Source of the DNA: Hormiphora californensis
Taxonomy: Eukaryota > Animalia > Ctenophora
Length of the DNA: 64,000 nt
Reading direction: 5' to 3'
Assembly: GCA_020137815.1 (NCBI GenBank)
Contig: CM035359.1
Location: forward strand, 5,332,001-5,396,000
Under the pieces are notes generated by a model. That model searched no databases. It saw only the letters and a list, made by a program, of their open reading frames with translations, and was not told where the DNA came from. Positions 24,941 through 53,499 of this stretch are shown piece after piece. The position numbers were made by a program, and so were the translations under genes. Numbering within the stretch: position 1 is the first letter of the stretch; every line of letters starts with the position of its first letter.

Positions 24941-26012
24941 TAGAGAGAGGAGGGGGGAAAGGAGCGAGAGATAATTAGTACTATTCAAAGTATGTGTGTC
25001 AGCTTGATTACTTACTATTATCTTACTAACTGAGTCTGCATGACCATGTTCAATGAACAGTGTTTTATAGCGTATAATAATTCTGTCAAACTCGAGAGCG
25101 TTCTCGTTCATAACATGCTCTAAGCTACTCTGTCAGAGTGCATTGGCCTGTAACACATAACACATACAGGTTGTTATGTGCCACTTATAATACTAAACAT
25201 TTAACAACCACTTTATTGTGCTGTGCTGACATGTTCCTTGTCTGTCAGCTCTCACAGCATGGCAAGTGCTGTGGGGCAGTGTAGCTTGTCAACTGACTCT
25301 TCTTCAACCACTTACCCTCAACTCAGGTTCCTCTTCCTCCTCTTCCTCTTCCTCCTCCTCACTTTCCTCAGGTTCAGGTGCAGGGGGCGTTGGTTGTTTG
25401 GAGATCGGTCTAGAGAGGGGGAGAGTTAGTTACTTTAACTAGAGAGAGAGAATGATTTACTGCATGAGGGGGAACTAACAAATTAATTAATAATTGTCTT
25501 ATTTGACCATTCACGATCCCAATACCACGGCGACTATATTGATTTCTCATACTTCATAGCTACGTACACATCCCTTCAATCCCGCATGCAAAACATTTCA
25601 ATACATGCATTGATGGCATTCGTTATCAAATTTTTGATTTTTTCTCTCGATGCCCTATAATAATCATCTAGCGCTGTTCGAGTGCAATTATTCAATCACA
25701 GTTCTGGATTTGGAAATCTAGGCCACTGATTGGCTCTGGCATGGTATCTTACAGGAATGCTTTGCTGCCCCGTTGTAACAGGATTCTGGCATGTTTTCTG
25801 ACACAAGATTTTAGCTTTGAGTCTGGGTATTTTATTGTGTAATTTCGCCAAATTTAACACAAAAAAGATACGTACCAAAGGGGGCTGGGGGAGGGGTTGA
25901 GGTCGTATACCCCCATCCCCCCCTTTGATCTAACAAAGAGAAAGATACATTTAGTTTTACATTATACTACATACCTTTCTGCGTCAGCAAGCCGCGACTC
26001 GAGATCGGCAAT
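12776..26012 (-). CDS. Coiled-coil protein, possibly FAM186A/B-like, 5'-incomplete. 18 exons: 26012-25975, 25409-25316, 20077-19955, 19817-19731, 19569-19417, 18885-18787, 18617-18524, 18263-18157, 18001-17948, 17749-17597, 17509-17387, 16877-16775, 16564-16477, 16322-16231, 15888-15701, 15578-15348, 14524-14390, 12802-12776
   Basis: All exons have AG/GT boundaries with matching phases, giving 1989 nt open to a TAA stop. Peptides include IADLESRLADAER, poly-E, coiled coil, ..QRLQHLARQYISH..LDRLEHQSGIFLIKP..PRLLEMDVNR. The family label comes from recall of similar motifs and is unverified. The last exon is the least certain. Confidence 0.8.
12870..14210. mobile_element. 1341-bp foldback element: 662-bp arms, 17-bp spacer, CAC...GTG termini, 4-bp TSD ACTG (Chapaev-like)
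   Basis: ACTG|CACGGCGTGCCTGG ... CCAGGCACGCCGTG|ACTG; mirror ORFs in the track have identical translations; spacer 13532-13548. Confidence 0.9.
14536..15131. repeat. Intronic minisatellite, 23-bp unit (GTTAGAGAGGTGTGAGTAGAGGG), ~26 copies
   Basis: Directly visible tandem array abutting the acceptor of exon 14524. Confidence 0.95.
15897..16035. repeat. G-rich intronic minisatellite (~17-18-bp unit)
   Basis: GGGGACGGGGGTTG(A/G)GTA repeats next to the acceptor of exon 15888. Confidence 0.9.
18259..18412. repeat. 30-bp minisatellite x5 containing the splice acceptor
   Basis: TTTCTGGGGGTCAGTAAGGGGTAAGGGGGG units; the last unit supplies CCCCCAG|AAACC at 18263. Confidence 0.9.
18901..19210. repeat. 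Degenerate 12-13-bp minisatellite (GTTAGAGGGAG/GTTAGATGGAG)
   Basis: Visible tandem array upstream of the acceptor of exon 18885. Confidence 0.9.
20425..20800. repeat. (GA)n / (GAGATA)n microsatellites
   Basis: Visible low-complexity tracts. Confidence 0.9.
22624..24515 (-). mobile_element. Head-to-tail train of 3 Helitron-like units (24515-24067, 24066-23620, 23619-22624)
   Basis: Minus-strand CTAG|TC junctions at 24067 and 23620; terminal hairpin GCGCACCC-ACT-GGGTGCGC beside CTAG at 22624; homologous to units at 1-1081. Confidence 0.65.
24610..24970. repeat. (GA)n microsatellites
   Basis: Visible. Confidence 0.95.
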
Positions 26013-26048
26013 CTGAATATAAAAGAGAACTGCGTCAGTAACATCTTA

Positions 26049-27400
26049 GGCCAGTCATATGACGTTGTGAAATGGAACTAATTGATCTAAAAGCGATTCC
26101 ACTTCCAGGGCACTCCAATGGGTCTCTACAACCACCGAAAAAATTTACCGCGGGTACCGCGATGGAGAAATCGGTCATTTCCGGGTTTATTTTGCACCTG
26201 CATAAATATAGCCTAGGACGAATGCGATATACGGTAAAAACCGTCTTTGGAAACAAATAGAAAAGAAATCAAGGGCACTAAAGTGTGTAGCGTCCTCGCA
26301 TTAGTGGGGGTAGGTGCTGGAATTAAGTCTCTATCTTATCAGGTTAATTAGATAATTGGATAATTAGATGTGCACATAGCCGTTTTATGGTTATACGGTA
26401 AAAACCATCTTTGGAATGGAGTTGAGAAAAAACCGAGGGTACTAGAGTGATCAGCGTCATCGAATTAGTGGGGGTAGGTACCAAAATTAAGTTCCTATCT
26501 CATCGCGTTAATTAGATAATTGGATAATTAGGTATGCGCATAACCGTTTTTAGGTTAAATGGCTATAGCCACTTAGGAATGGTTTAGAGACTTTCATTGG
26601 TGCCATTTTGTAGGCAATAGCCAAGTTATGGGGGGTCGACGTCGGACTTTTAAGCTCTATATTCAACCATTTAGCCGTTATATGGCTTTAAAGGTGCTCA
26701 AAATCGGTCTTTTTACCGCTTTTTTGCTCACTTTGAGCACCTTTAAAGCCAAATAACGGCTAAACGGTTGAATATAGAGCTTAAGAGTCCGACGTCGACC
26801 CCCATTAACTTGGCTATTGCCTACAAAATGGCACCAATGAAAAGTCTCTAAACCATTCCTAAGTGGCTATAGCCATGTAACCTAAAAACGGTTATGCGCA
26901 TACCTAATTATCCAATTATCTAATTAACGCGATGAGATAGGAACTTAATTTTGGTACCTACCCCCACTAATTCGATGACGCTGATCACTCTAGTACCCTC
27001 GGTTTTTTCTCTACTCCATTCCAAAGATGGTTTTTACCGTATACCATAAAACGCTATGTGCGCATCTAATATCCAATTATCTAATTAACCTGATACGATA
27101 GAGGCTTAATTCAGCACCTACCCCCCACTAATGCGAGGACGCTACACACGTTGGTGCCCTGATTCTTTTCTACTGTTTCCAAAGACGGTTTTTACCGTAT
27201 ATTTTCGCATCGTTCCTCGCCGATATTTAGCAGGTGCAAAATAACACCCGGAATGAACCGAATTTCTACATCGCGGTACCTCGCGGTAAATTTTTTTTTC
27301 GGTGGTTGTAGAGACCCATTGTGGGGCCTCTGGAAGTGGAATAGCTTTTTGATTCAATTACTTCCTTTTTCAGCGATATATCGACGTCATATTACTGGCC
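26049..27400. mobile_element. ~1.35-kb foldback element (arms ~655 bp, ~30-bp spacer), GGCC termini flanked by TA
   Basis: TA|GGCCAGTCATATGACG ... CGTCATATTACTGGCC|TA; arms fold around 26703-26732; the outer right arm has many small indels. Confidence 0.85.
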
Positions 27401-27649
27401 TATCTCCAAATATAGAGTTTGCTGACGTTGATTTGAATAGAATTTAGGCGCAAGATTGCTCTCTCTCTCTCTCTCACTCTCATCCTTCCTCCTCTCTCCT
27501 CTCTCCCCCTCCTCTCCTCTCTTCTCTCTCTCTCTCTCCTCTTTCTCTCTTCCTTTCCTATGTCTTGCGAATCAGGAATCTCGCTCATACAATGAGTGCG
27601 ATCTAGCGGTCTATAAACAATAGGGATTGTGAATAATAATAACCCCCTC

Positions 27650-29660
27650 CCCTTTAAAAGGGGCATGATCTGGAGCACCGTGTGGGACCCTTTAACCCAC
27701 AAATTTTATGGGTTCTAGTACCGGCAGTAAGTTCCTTACTGGGGGAAATTTTGAATTTAAAAAAAACGATGTAGGTACAAATCATTATATTATTAAATGT
27801 AATATTGACTGAAAGAAATCAGGGTCCATCGGTCGTTTATTTTAAGTTCTTAATCTCACCTGTATGAGCGGGGAAGGTTGTACAAACCACGTTCATTTAC
27901 ATCAGAGAATACGAAAAAAAAACAAAAAAATTTACAATAAAAAATAAGTTTCTATTTGGGCTTTTTTTGCGGGCCAAAACCCTTCTTTTTTGGGTTGAAA
28001 ATGCCAAATAAAACCCTTTCAAAATGTGAGGGGTGCTAAGTAATTTACCTTTTTTCCAACCGATCTAGGCGGAGGGCTGATATTTCCGGATTGTTTTTCG
28101 TCTAACCCCAAAAGGAAGTTTACGCGTTTTGGAACTAAATTTTCCCTTTTATTTTTTTTTTTAAAGAGATGGAGTCCCCCGAGAAAGGGGGAGGCATTTT
28201 TGGTTCAAGGGCGGGGAACTGGAAGGACACAAAAAGGGGGTGAAAAAACTTTGGGGGTTGGAAGGGGGAGAAAGGGAGGAAAAGGGAGGAGAGGGGGAAG
28301 GGGGAGGGGAAAAAGGGGGGAGAAAGAAGGGAAGAGAAAAAAGGGAAGAAAAAGAAGAAAATAAAGAATCAGTCATGTCATTTTATGAGTGGTCCATGTG
28401 GGGGGTTGACGGGTGGCTCTCGGTGTAATGTAGGGAGAACCAAAAAAAGTATGGCCCCCTTACATTCTGCCGTGAAGGTAAGGGAATAATGGTTTTATCT
28501 TTGTGAAAACTATTTCTTTTTTCCACGGTTCCCCGCCCCCGGGGTGGGGGATAAATAATTCCCGGGAGCGTCTGGGAACCAAAATAGGTACGTGGTGACG
28601 CGTAGAAGAATAACGCTTCCCGGGCCCTGTAGGGGAGAAATAAGACAATTATGAGAAAGAAATCGTTGTTTTACGGGAAAGGGATTAATGGGCTTTGGCA
28701 CTTGGGGAATTTGGAGCAGGGGAAACGGAAATTTTTCAGAACCTAAAGTTGAGGATACCCCAAAAAAACCTTCCCCCCGTCCCACAAAAGGAGAGAGATC
28801 AGAAGGGAAAGAAAAAAGATGGAGGAGGGGACAAAAAAAAAAAGTTTTTCCAATTTTGCAAAGTTTTAAACAAAAGTTTCCCATCAAACTACTGAGATAG
28901 GGGGAGGGTGGTGGAGTCCTGATTTGGGCCCGCCGTAGATCTCAAATGGAATGGCCCCCGTATCGATTATTCCCCATACTCTGCCTTTCCGCAACATCAA
29001 AAATCTACTTTTTGGAAATAAGAGGGTTTTTGAAATTTGGAAACAGGTTTAATAAATGACTGCTGTACTAATAAATAAATATAAAAGAATGTTCTAAAAT
29101 TTAATATGTTTCCCCTTCTGGAACTTTTGGGAAAAAGCGGGCACCTGCATGTGCAAAAGTAGGTCATGATTTCACGCAGAACGGTGTGTCTCCTGCTGCT
29201 GGCAGAAAAACTCAGCCCTAACCCCGACCCTACTTTATCGCTAACCCTAAAACAGCCCCAAAATTTTTTAATTTTTTTCAGGCTAAAAATCTACGTATTT
29301 TGTTTTGGGGGAAAAAAAAGGGAAGGTGTGACGAGCTTCGCCTGCTAAAAAAAAGGCACGCACGTCGCACCGCAGTGTTGTTTTTAGAGAAATAGGAAAA
29401 AGAAGACAAAATCAAAAGAAGCTAAATCAAAAGTCACGTAATTTTGCACCTTTCTGGTTAAATTTCCACCTTTTCTTCCTGACTTTTTACCGAAAAGTTT
29501 ATCCTGGATGGACCCACTATAACACACAGCCTTGGTTTGGCAAACATTGCTGAAGCGTAGTGCGGGATAAGGCAGCACTTTTCAAACTGGGCGCTGGATT
29601 CTGATTCAGAAGTTTTAAGAGCTAAATTTTGTCGAAAAAAAACTTTTAGTCTTTTCGACC
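27650..29660. other. Probable low-accuracy (unpolished) assembly segment
   Basis: Excess homopolymer runs of all four bases, garbled GA tract at 28250-28360, no interpretable ORF. Confidence 0.6.
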
Positions 29661-29669
29661 TTATTTCAA

Positions 29670-29965
29670 ACACGCATATCTCCAGGTTCCTGATAAGATA
29701 GAGGCTTGAAATTTAGAGGTTGAGAAGATCATGCCAAGTTCTTCCTAACTTCAAAAATTCAAGTCTCTATTTCATTAGGAACCTGAGATATGCTCGTTTG
29801 AAATAAGGGCAAAGAGACCACCCCCCTCCCTTGCTTAAAAACTTAACTGGGTATAAAATGACTTTTTTAAAGTTTGGACGTAAACGCGCGCAATTCATTT
29901 CTTTTTAACTTTTCCCGAATTGCGCGGCACGTATACGCCTCGAATGTGAGCATCTTCCGCGCGTT
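29670..29965. repeat. Fragment of the repeat family seen at 49400-49830
   Basis: Shared motif TATCTCC(A)GGTTCCTGATAAGATAGAG(G/A)CTTGAAATTT in inverted pairs. Confidence 0.65.
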
Positions 29966-30514
29966 ACACACAAACAATTTGATCCGACAGGCGCCATATA
30001 ATTAATACCGAACGAAGTGCGTGACAAAGTGAAACTAGCAGATATGATGGGCAGGTAAACAATTGGAAATACACATCATAATTATCACAGTCATGCGCAC
30101 AGCCAGGGGGACCGTAATTTATTAATTCTAACAAACGCCTCTGGTATATGACTATTATGCCCAGCAATTAACATCAATAAAATTGTTATTATTTGGCATG
30201 TTTTGTGTCTCACAACAAACTCATTGAAGTTGGACAGCTGTTGAACTGTTGGAAACCAGTCAATATATTCAATATTATTCAACAACTTTTACATATTCCA
30301 CACACACATCAATGCATTGCAATGTGTCATTTAAATTTCCTACAAGTACACAAATTAATACAAAAACACTCACATATTTATATGTACGTTCTAATATTTT
30401 ATTTCTCTCTTTGAATGACAATATCACAGTTAAAATGTGGCGAAATTAGGTTCTTCTTTCAAATTATACACACGATGAATATTGTGCGTCTAATATAATA
30501 CAAAACAGAATTGA

Positions 30515-47401
<16,887 letters not shown>

Positions 47402-47502
47402 TATCAATCGAATAGTATTACCAGGTCACTATGGTAGTCTACATGAGCGGTACCGGCCCCTCAAACCATCTCAGTGCACATGTTCATCCTAGAGGATTGA
47501 GT

Positions 47503-48213
47503 TAATTACATAATATATATGAGGCATAAACTCTGGCCACTGGCGCGTTATTTCAGATAACTTTCTCCCAGCGCGCCGCTGGGAGAAGTTAGCTGGAGTT
47601 TATCCGCCGCTGGCGGATAAACTGGTTTAAATCACGACGACGATCCCGAGGCGGAGCCGAGGGAGAGGCGGAGGGGTTTAAACCTATAACGTGCCAGTGG
47701 TCAGAGTTTATGGGTTATATACCCTGCTTTAGTTGTTTATTTCAAGTATTACACACCAACAAGAGAGAGAACACTAATCAAAACACACAAAGAGAACTGA
47801 GAAATAGTTAAAAACACGTCACAATTGAGTGTACACTGTTTGGTAACAGTTACTAAGCAGTTGCTAAGGAAAGAGAGTGAAAGAAATAGCCTGATAAGGG
47901 GCATGTCACAAATAACACAGAGAAAGAGATAGTGAGACAAAAGGGGAGATAAAGAGAGAGTAATTGACGGAATGTGTCCTTTCTTTCTCTCCAATGTAGT
48001 GTGTAAGTGTTGCACATAGTGTTCCCTCTGTATTTTAGTAAGAACTGATCATTTACACACACTTTGAATGTTACGTAGGAGTTAAAAATAAATAACCTGC
48101 CAGTGGGAAATAATCTGCCGCTGGACTGGCTGTTTACTGAGAGCGCGCTAGTGGGACTTCTCGCCACTGGCGCATTATTTAAGTTAGCAGGGTATATAAT
48201 TACATAATATATA
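47503..48213. mobile_element. Unclassified element with nested inverted repeats bounded by 17-bp direct repeats
   Basis: TAATTACATAATATATA at 47503 and 48197; IR pairs 47526-47551/47685-47711 and TATATACCCTGCT/AGCAGGGTATATA. Confidence 0.6.
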
Positions 48214-48459
48214 ATTTCATAGTTGCTCAGGAGAATTATAAATTGAAGAATTCTTTTAAAGAAAGACTAACGACTTCCACCTAATTATGTCGTTAATCTT
48301 GCTACAAATGAACATGTCTTTTTACTAAAGAACTACTTCCTAAACTAAGCAGTAACTGGCAACAAAATAAACTACAGTTACAAAACTAGTAAAAGGTTAG
48401 CACAATTTTTTTAGACAGAGTCCCCCCTGTGTTATCAAGGCAATTAAAAACGTAATGCA

Positions 48460-50637
48460 GTGCTTCACTAGAAGACAGAGTTAGATTACTGGTACACCAG
48501 TCTATAACTAGTGACTAGTCTATAACGTTGCATCAAGATTCAATATTCATTAAAATCAGACGAAGAAAGTAATCCAACTTTTTTGTTATGATTCCAACTT
48601 ATCAAATGCCGATAACAACACAAGTCATTATTGAAAAGCAAGATAGCTACAAGCTGGATGTCGAGCATGAATTGACAAAGTAATCCATATAATAAATCCC
48701 ATAATGTTAGTCAGTCTGTCCGTTAATTGGTTTTTCAAACTCCTCCCACAGTTTTTGAGCTAGACCCCTAAAAATTTGTACACGGGTACCTTGGACCAAG
48801 GCGGATGTAAGTACGGGCTCAGATTTTTGATCCGATCTTTACAGCAGTGACGTCACGGGGTGACGTCATTGCGACAAAAAGACTTACATTTTTCAAACGC
48901 TTCTAAGACCCTGAAAACGGCTCTAAATCAAAAAACTAACGCAATAGTAGGGAAAGAGAATCGTTTGAACTTCATTTTACAAGATAGCGATTTCCCGTAA
49001 CTCAATGTTTAAGGGTCGTAAATCGCGTCGGGAAAGTTAAAAATGCCAAAAATACGATATTTTTCACCGTAGCCACCCAAAATCTTATCCAATCGATATG
49101 AAACTTGGTCGTTATGTGAACTTTAATGTCCTTTGGCCAGGGGTTCCCGGAAAACGGATTGGCAAGATGAGAACTGACCGGAGTTCTTATAATTCTAAAT
49201 TCACGAATTTGGAATTTTTCGTCGACTTTTTTTGGCGACATAAAACGCGAGGAAATTTTCAATGAATTTTAAAATTTTACACTGCGCGCGTAATTCTAGG
49301 TTCTGCGCGCGGCGTAAAAAAGCAGCGCTTTTTTGGGAAAATTCGCGCGTTACAGTAAATGATTTACCCGCCTCGCCAAAATTGTAATGGCCGTTTTTTC
49401 AAAAACCCAAGGTGTAAAGTCGGATTTTTTGAAACTGTCACCCCCCTGGGTATTTTCGAATTTCGTAAATGACCATAAATCCGGTTCCTGACGAGATAGA
49501 GACTTGAAATTTGGAGGTTACGAAGATCTTGCTAAGTTCTTCCGAACCTCCAAATTTCAAGTCTCTATCTTATCAGGAACCGGAGATATGTCAAATTTTG
49601 TTAATTCAGGGGGGTGACAGTTTCAAAAAATCCGACTTTATGATATATAGTCGAATTTTTTATTTAAGCGACAGGCCGCCGCGCACTCAATTGGTTAATT
49701 GGTCATATCTCCGGTTCCTGATAAAGATAAAGACTTGATCCTGGTTGCGTTGGAAAGATAAAATTTTTATCTTTCTAATGGCACCAAGAAAAAGTCGCTA
49801 GCTCATCAGGAACCGGAAATCGATTTCAAGCGCTGCATTTTGATGCGCGGCGGCCTGTCGCTTAAATAAAAAATTGGACTTTAAGGTGTAAGCGAAACAA
49901 CAACGAACTGGCTGCGCGTCGCGCATTCGTTGCGCATAACGATCTCACCGGTGAGATTCATATGCGCAACGTTGCACAACGCGCAGCCAGTTCGTTGTTG
50001 TTTCGCTTACACTTTAGTAAAGTACTCCCCAAACTGCTATGTCCCTCACTCGGGTTTTGTGAAATTTCCCACGGTCATAATTCCACTCCCTGATGAGATA
50101 AAGACTTGAAATTTGTTTTGTAGGAAGAACTCGACATGATCTCTTCACAAAACAAATTTCAAGTCTCTATCTCATCAGGGGGTGGAGCTATGGCCGTCTA
50201 AAATCCGGTCGCGCGCAGCAAGGGACATAATAGTTTGGGAGGACCTTTAGGAGCGGTTAGATCACCACGTGGTTAAAGTCGCATGCCACCCCTTTTTGCG
50301 CATTGTCATAAAGTCGAATTTTTAATGAGTGTCGTTTTTTAAAAAGCCGCGCAATTTTGATTTGCGCGTCGGAATTATTTCAACTTCGCGCGAAGAACCC
50401 TTCGTCGAAGCCTTCGTCGCGCGCAGTTGTCGCGCGGCCGCGTCCACAAAGAAGTGGCGGGAATGGCATAGACCACATCAGGTGATGACCAAATATGGTA
50501 TAATGAAGTCACGTTACTGTCATGTGTTAGGAGTTGTGCGATCCACGTTCTAGTGCAGACCCTTGTACACACATGAGCTGCAGTTGTGTTATTGTACACA
50601 ATCAGCGATCAAATAATCCATTTTGCAGATAACGTGA

Positions 50638-50707
<70 letters not shown>

Positions 50708-50722
50708 TAGATAGAGAGAGAC

Positions 50723-50791
<69 letters not shown>

Positions 50792-50799
50792 AAAGAGAA

Positions 50800-50830
<31 letters not shown>

Positions 50831-51049
50831 GAGAGATGAAGAAAGACAGGAATAGATAGAGTGAGATATCGATGGTTTCGATGATTCAACGACAATTTTC
50901 TTTGTATGTGTTTAACTGATTTAGGTATAAAAGAGTTCACAATAACAATAACAAATCGATTTATACACACGCTCAGACCCTACGCATACAAGATTCCGGG
51001 ACAATAGAACACTACAAAAGCATCATATCTGATAGCGGTTTATCACTCC
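48460..51049 (+). repeat. Segmental duplication copy A (block X 48460-48676 + block Y ~48678-51049)
   Basis: High identity to 53500-56000 with the block order swapped. Confidence 0.95.
48684..50553 (+). mobile_element. Non-autonomous Helitron/Helentron-like element
   Basis: A|TCCATATAATAAA 5' end followed by GTCAGTCTGTCCG; 3' CTAG|T; many internal IRs. No clear terminal GC hairpin. Confidence 0.55.
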
Positions 51050-51346
51050 CTGTAAACAGTAGAGTCACAAAGTTCACACCTGTCCCTCTCTGTTATACTG
51101 ATGCTTTACAAGTTTAAGAAACTCTTCCCAGCTCCATCTTCCAGGATCAGATGCCCTCTTCAATCTTCTCTCACGGCCTTCAAATCCAGATATTGCTACA
51201 CGCCCAAGTGATAGTCTGTCATGATCTTTCCTGGGAGATTAAATTTGATGTGAGAGGAATAGAGAAGATCAAGGGGAGAGAGGGGGGCCGGGGGGGGGGG
51301 GGAGAATGATATCACTCCGTCTTGTAGTGCACCACCCCACCTCTTC

Positions 51347-51542
51347 TGAACGGTAAGCGAAAAGTGTTGCCTTGATTTGGACACAATTTTTTACAGTTTT
51401 GGTCATAACTCATCCATTTCTAGGCCAAATTGCAAAATCCTGGCCCCAACATTCTGCAATTTGGCCAAGAAATGGATGAGTTATGACCAAAACTGTAAAA
51501 AATTGTGTCCAAATCAAGGCAACCCTTACCGCTTACCGTTCA
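51347..51542. repeat. Inverted repeat (~88-bp arms), MITE-like
   Basis: TGAACGGTAAGCG..TTGCCTTGATTTGGACAC vs GTGTCCAAATCAAGGCAAC..CGCTTACCGTTCA. Confidence 0.8.
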
Positions 51543-51809
51543 AAACATAACTACAGGGTGGTTCAGAAAGATAGAGCCACTTTGTGATAACTATTGTTTC
51601 GTTCTCTTATCTACTGTGCAATTTTCACGGTCTACTGATTAGAAAAAGTGGAGAAAGTGTCCCTGAGGATTGCGATCACCTTTACAATCCCTCAGAGGTC
51701 GGGAAAGTACCTTAATTCAACAATTAAGGCCAATTAGACCCAATTATACTCCATTGGGGCACTTTATCGACCTCTGGAAAAATTTTAACTTTGGTGTGTG
51801 GTGACCCTA

Positions 51810-52205
51810 AGGGTCACCACACACCAAAGTTAAAATTAAAATTAAAATTTGACGTTTTTGGTCATAACTCTGCCATTTCTTGGCAAAATTGCTTCATTTT
51901 GGGCTTGTTGGAAAGAGGGCATCGAGCCCGTTCTGAATAGCCCAAGAAACTTGAAATCGGCGCAAATTGCGCGGCGTTACAGTGCAAAATGTGTTTGTTA
52001 AAATTTTAAAATTTTAACGCGCGCATTATGCGCCTTAACGCCGCACACTTTGCGCCGATTTCAAGTTTCTTGGGCTGTTCAGAACGGGCTCGATGCCCTC
52101 TTTCCAACAAGCCCAAAATGAAGCAATTTTACCAAGAAATGGCAGAGTTATGACCAAAAACGTCAAATTTTAATTTTGATTTTAACTTTGGTGTGTGGTG
52201 ACCCT
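51810..52205. mobile_element. 396-bp foldback MITE with AGGG...CCCT termini flanked by TA; extra terminal copy at 51781-51808
   Basis: TA|AGGGTCACCACACACC ... GGTGTGTGGTGACCCT|TA; arms ~170 bp. Confidence 0.85.
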
Positions 52206-53499
52206 TACGTGATTCAGCGTATCTTAATTAGTCGGGCAAGTGCCCTCACATCAGCATCTATCATTTCCAGGTGAAAAGTTGTAAATGGGGTCATTATGTA
52301 ATTAATTAGTTTCAGTTTTTACTCTCCAAGCTTCGTAAAATGACCAAGTTTGGTCAGTCTGTGCGACTTGGTCAAAATCTTGCCCATATATATGGGCATG
52401 GTCAAGCTTGGACAGTCTGTGCAGTGCACAGTGTGCACACCCCAATAATTGTTATAAATGAGAGCGTTTTCTTACCAAATATGAAGAATACTGTAATCGA
52501 TAGAGGTTTGAAACTGAATCCAACGTTAGCCATCCCGATATCAGTGAAATGCCTGGGGAAGGAGTGAGGGTTAGAATTCGCCCGAGAATCAAGAAATCGG
52601 GGGGAGGGTTACAAGTTTACAAAATAAATCCATCCTCCATTCTCTCTCCACCATCTCAGCTCTCCATTTTTCTCTCTATCCTCTCTCTCCCTCTCTCTCC
52701 CTTTCTCTCTCTCTACCCTCTCAGCTCTCCATTTTTCTCACTCCACCCTCTCAGCTCTCCATTTTTTCTCCCCACGCCTCACATCACAAAGGGTGAGAGT
52801 GAACAAAGGGCTAGGCCCTATGCATCATGTAGTGTTGGCATTAAATAAGATTAATTAGTCAGGAAAATGAGACAAATAAACATGTTCTTTCTTGTTACCT
52901 GGTAATAATGGTTGTTCATTAGGATACAGCAGAGGGTTGGACCACCGAAAACACCGTTGACACTTGACTGTGGAATTCACGGCATAACGTAATAACTTCC
53001 GTCTCTAGAGCCACCTCGATAGCCACAGGTAATCCTGCCTGAAAGGGTTAAGATTGTTAAAAACAGGTATTTATGAGGTCGACGGCCGAAGCAGTGAAAA
53101 TTATCCTATCCAAAACCGAAAAAGCAACATTCGAGTGCCCTGTTTTTAGCAAGAGACTGTCGTCACTCGCCATGTTTGTGTTGAAAAATGTTTGTGTTGA
53201 AAAATTGGGTTCAAGTTCCTAATCAGAACTTTCTGGCGGCGCCAGAACCCTGGGTTCAACCCATTTTGACAGTATGCTCAGATCGGGTCGGCGATGCCAG
53301 ACAGAATCAGAACGACTTTCATACCTGCTAAGTCTTTTCAGAGATATAGTATATACATTCAATTCAATTTCAATTCAATTCAATTCAATTCAAATAATTT
53401 GCGCACAAATACACAGGATATTTAAAAAAATAAACCTCCTCATTAGTCATTAATAACACACCAGCTCAGCAACAAACAACATTCATCAAGATTGGAAAC

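Noticed and set aside
50090-50112. CTGATGA...GAAA hammerhead-like string
   Set aside because: No stem II; it is one instance of the element's repeated motif.
52899-53038. Minus-strand segment with good acceptor and donor
   Set aside because: Stops in all three frames; it could be a 5' UTR exon of PPEF but this cannot be supported without RNA data.
53357-53393. (TTCAA)n tract as possible LINE tail
   Set aside because: No associated RT sequence; treated as a simple repeat.
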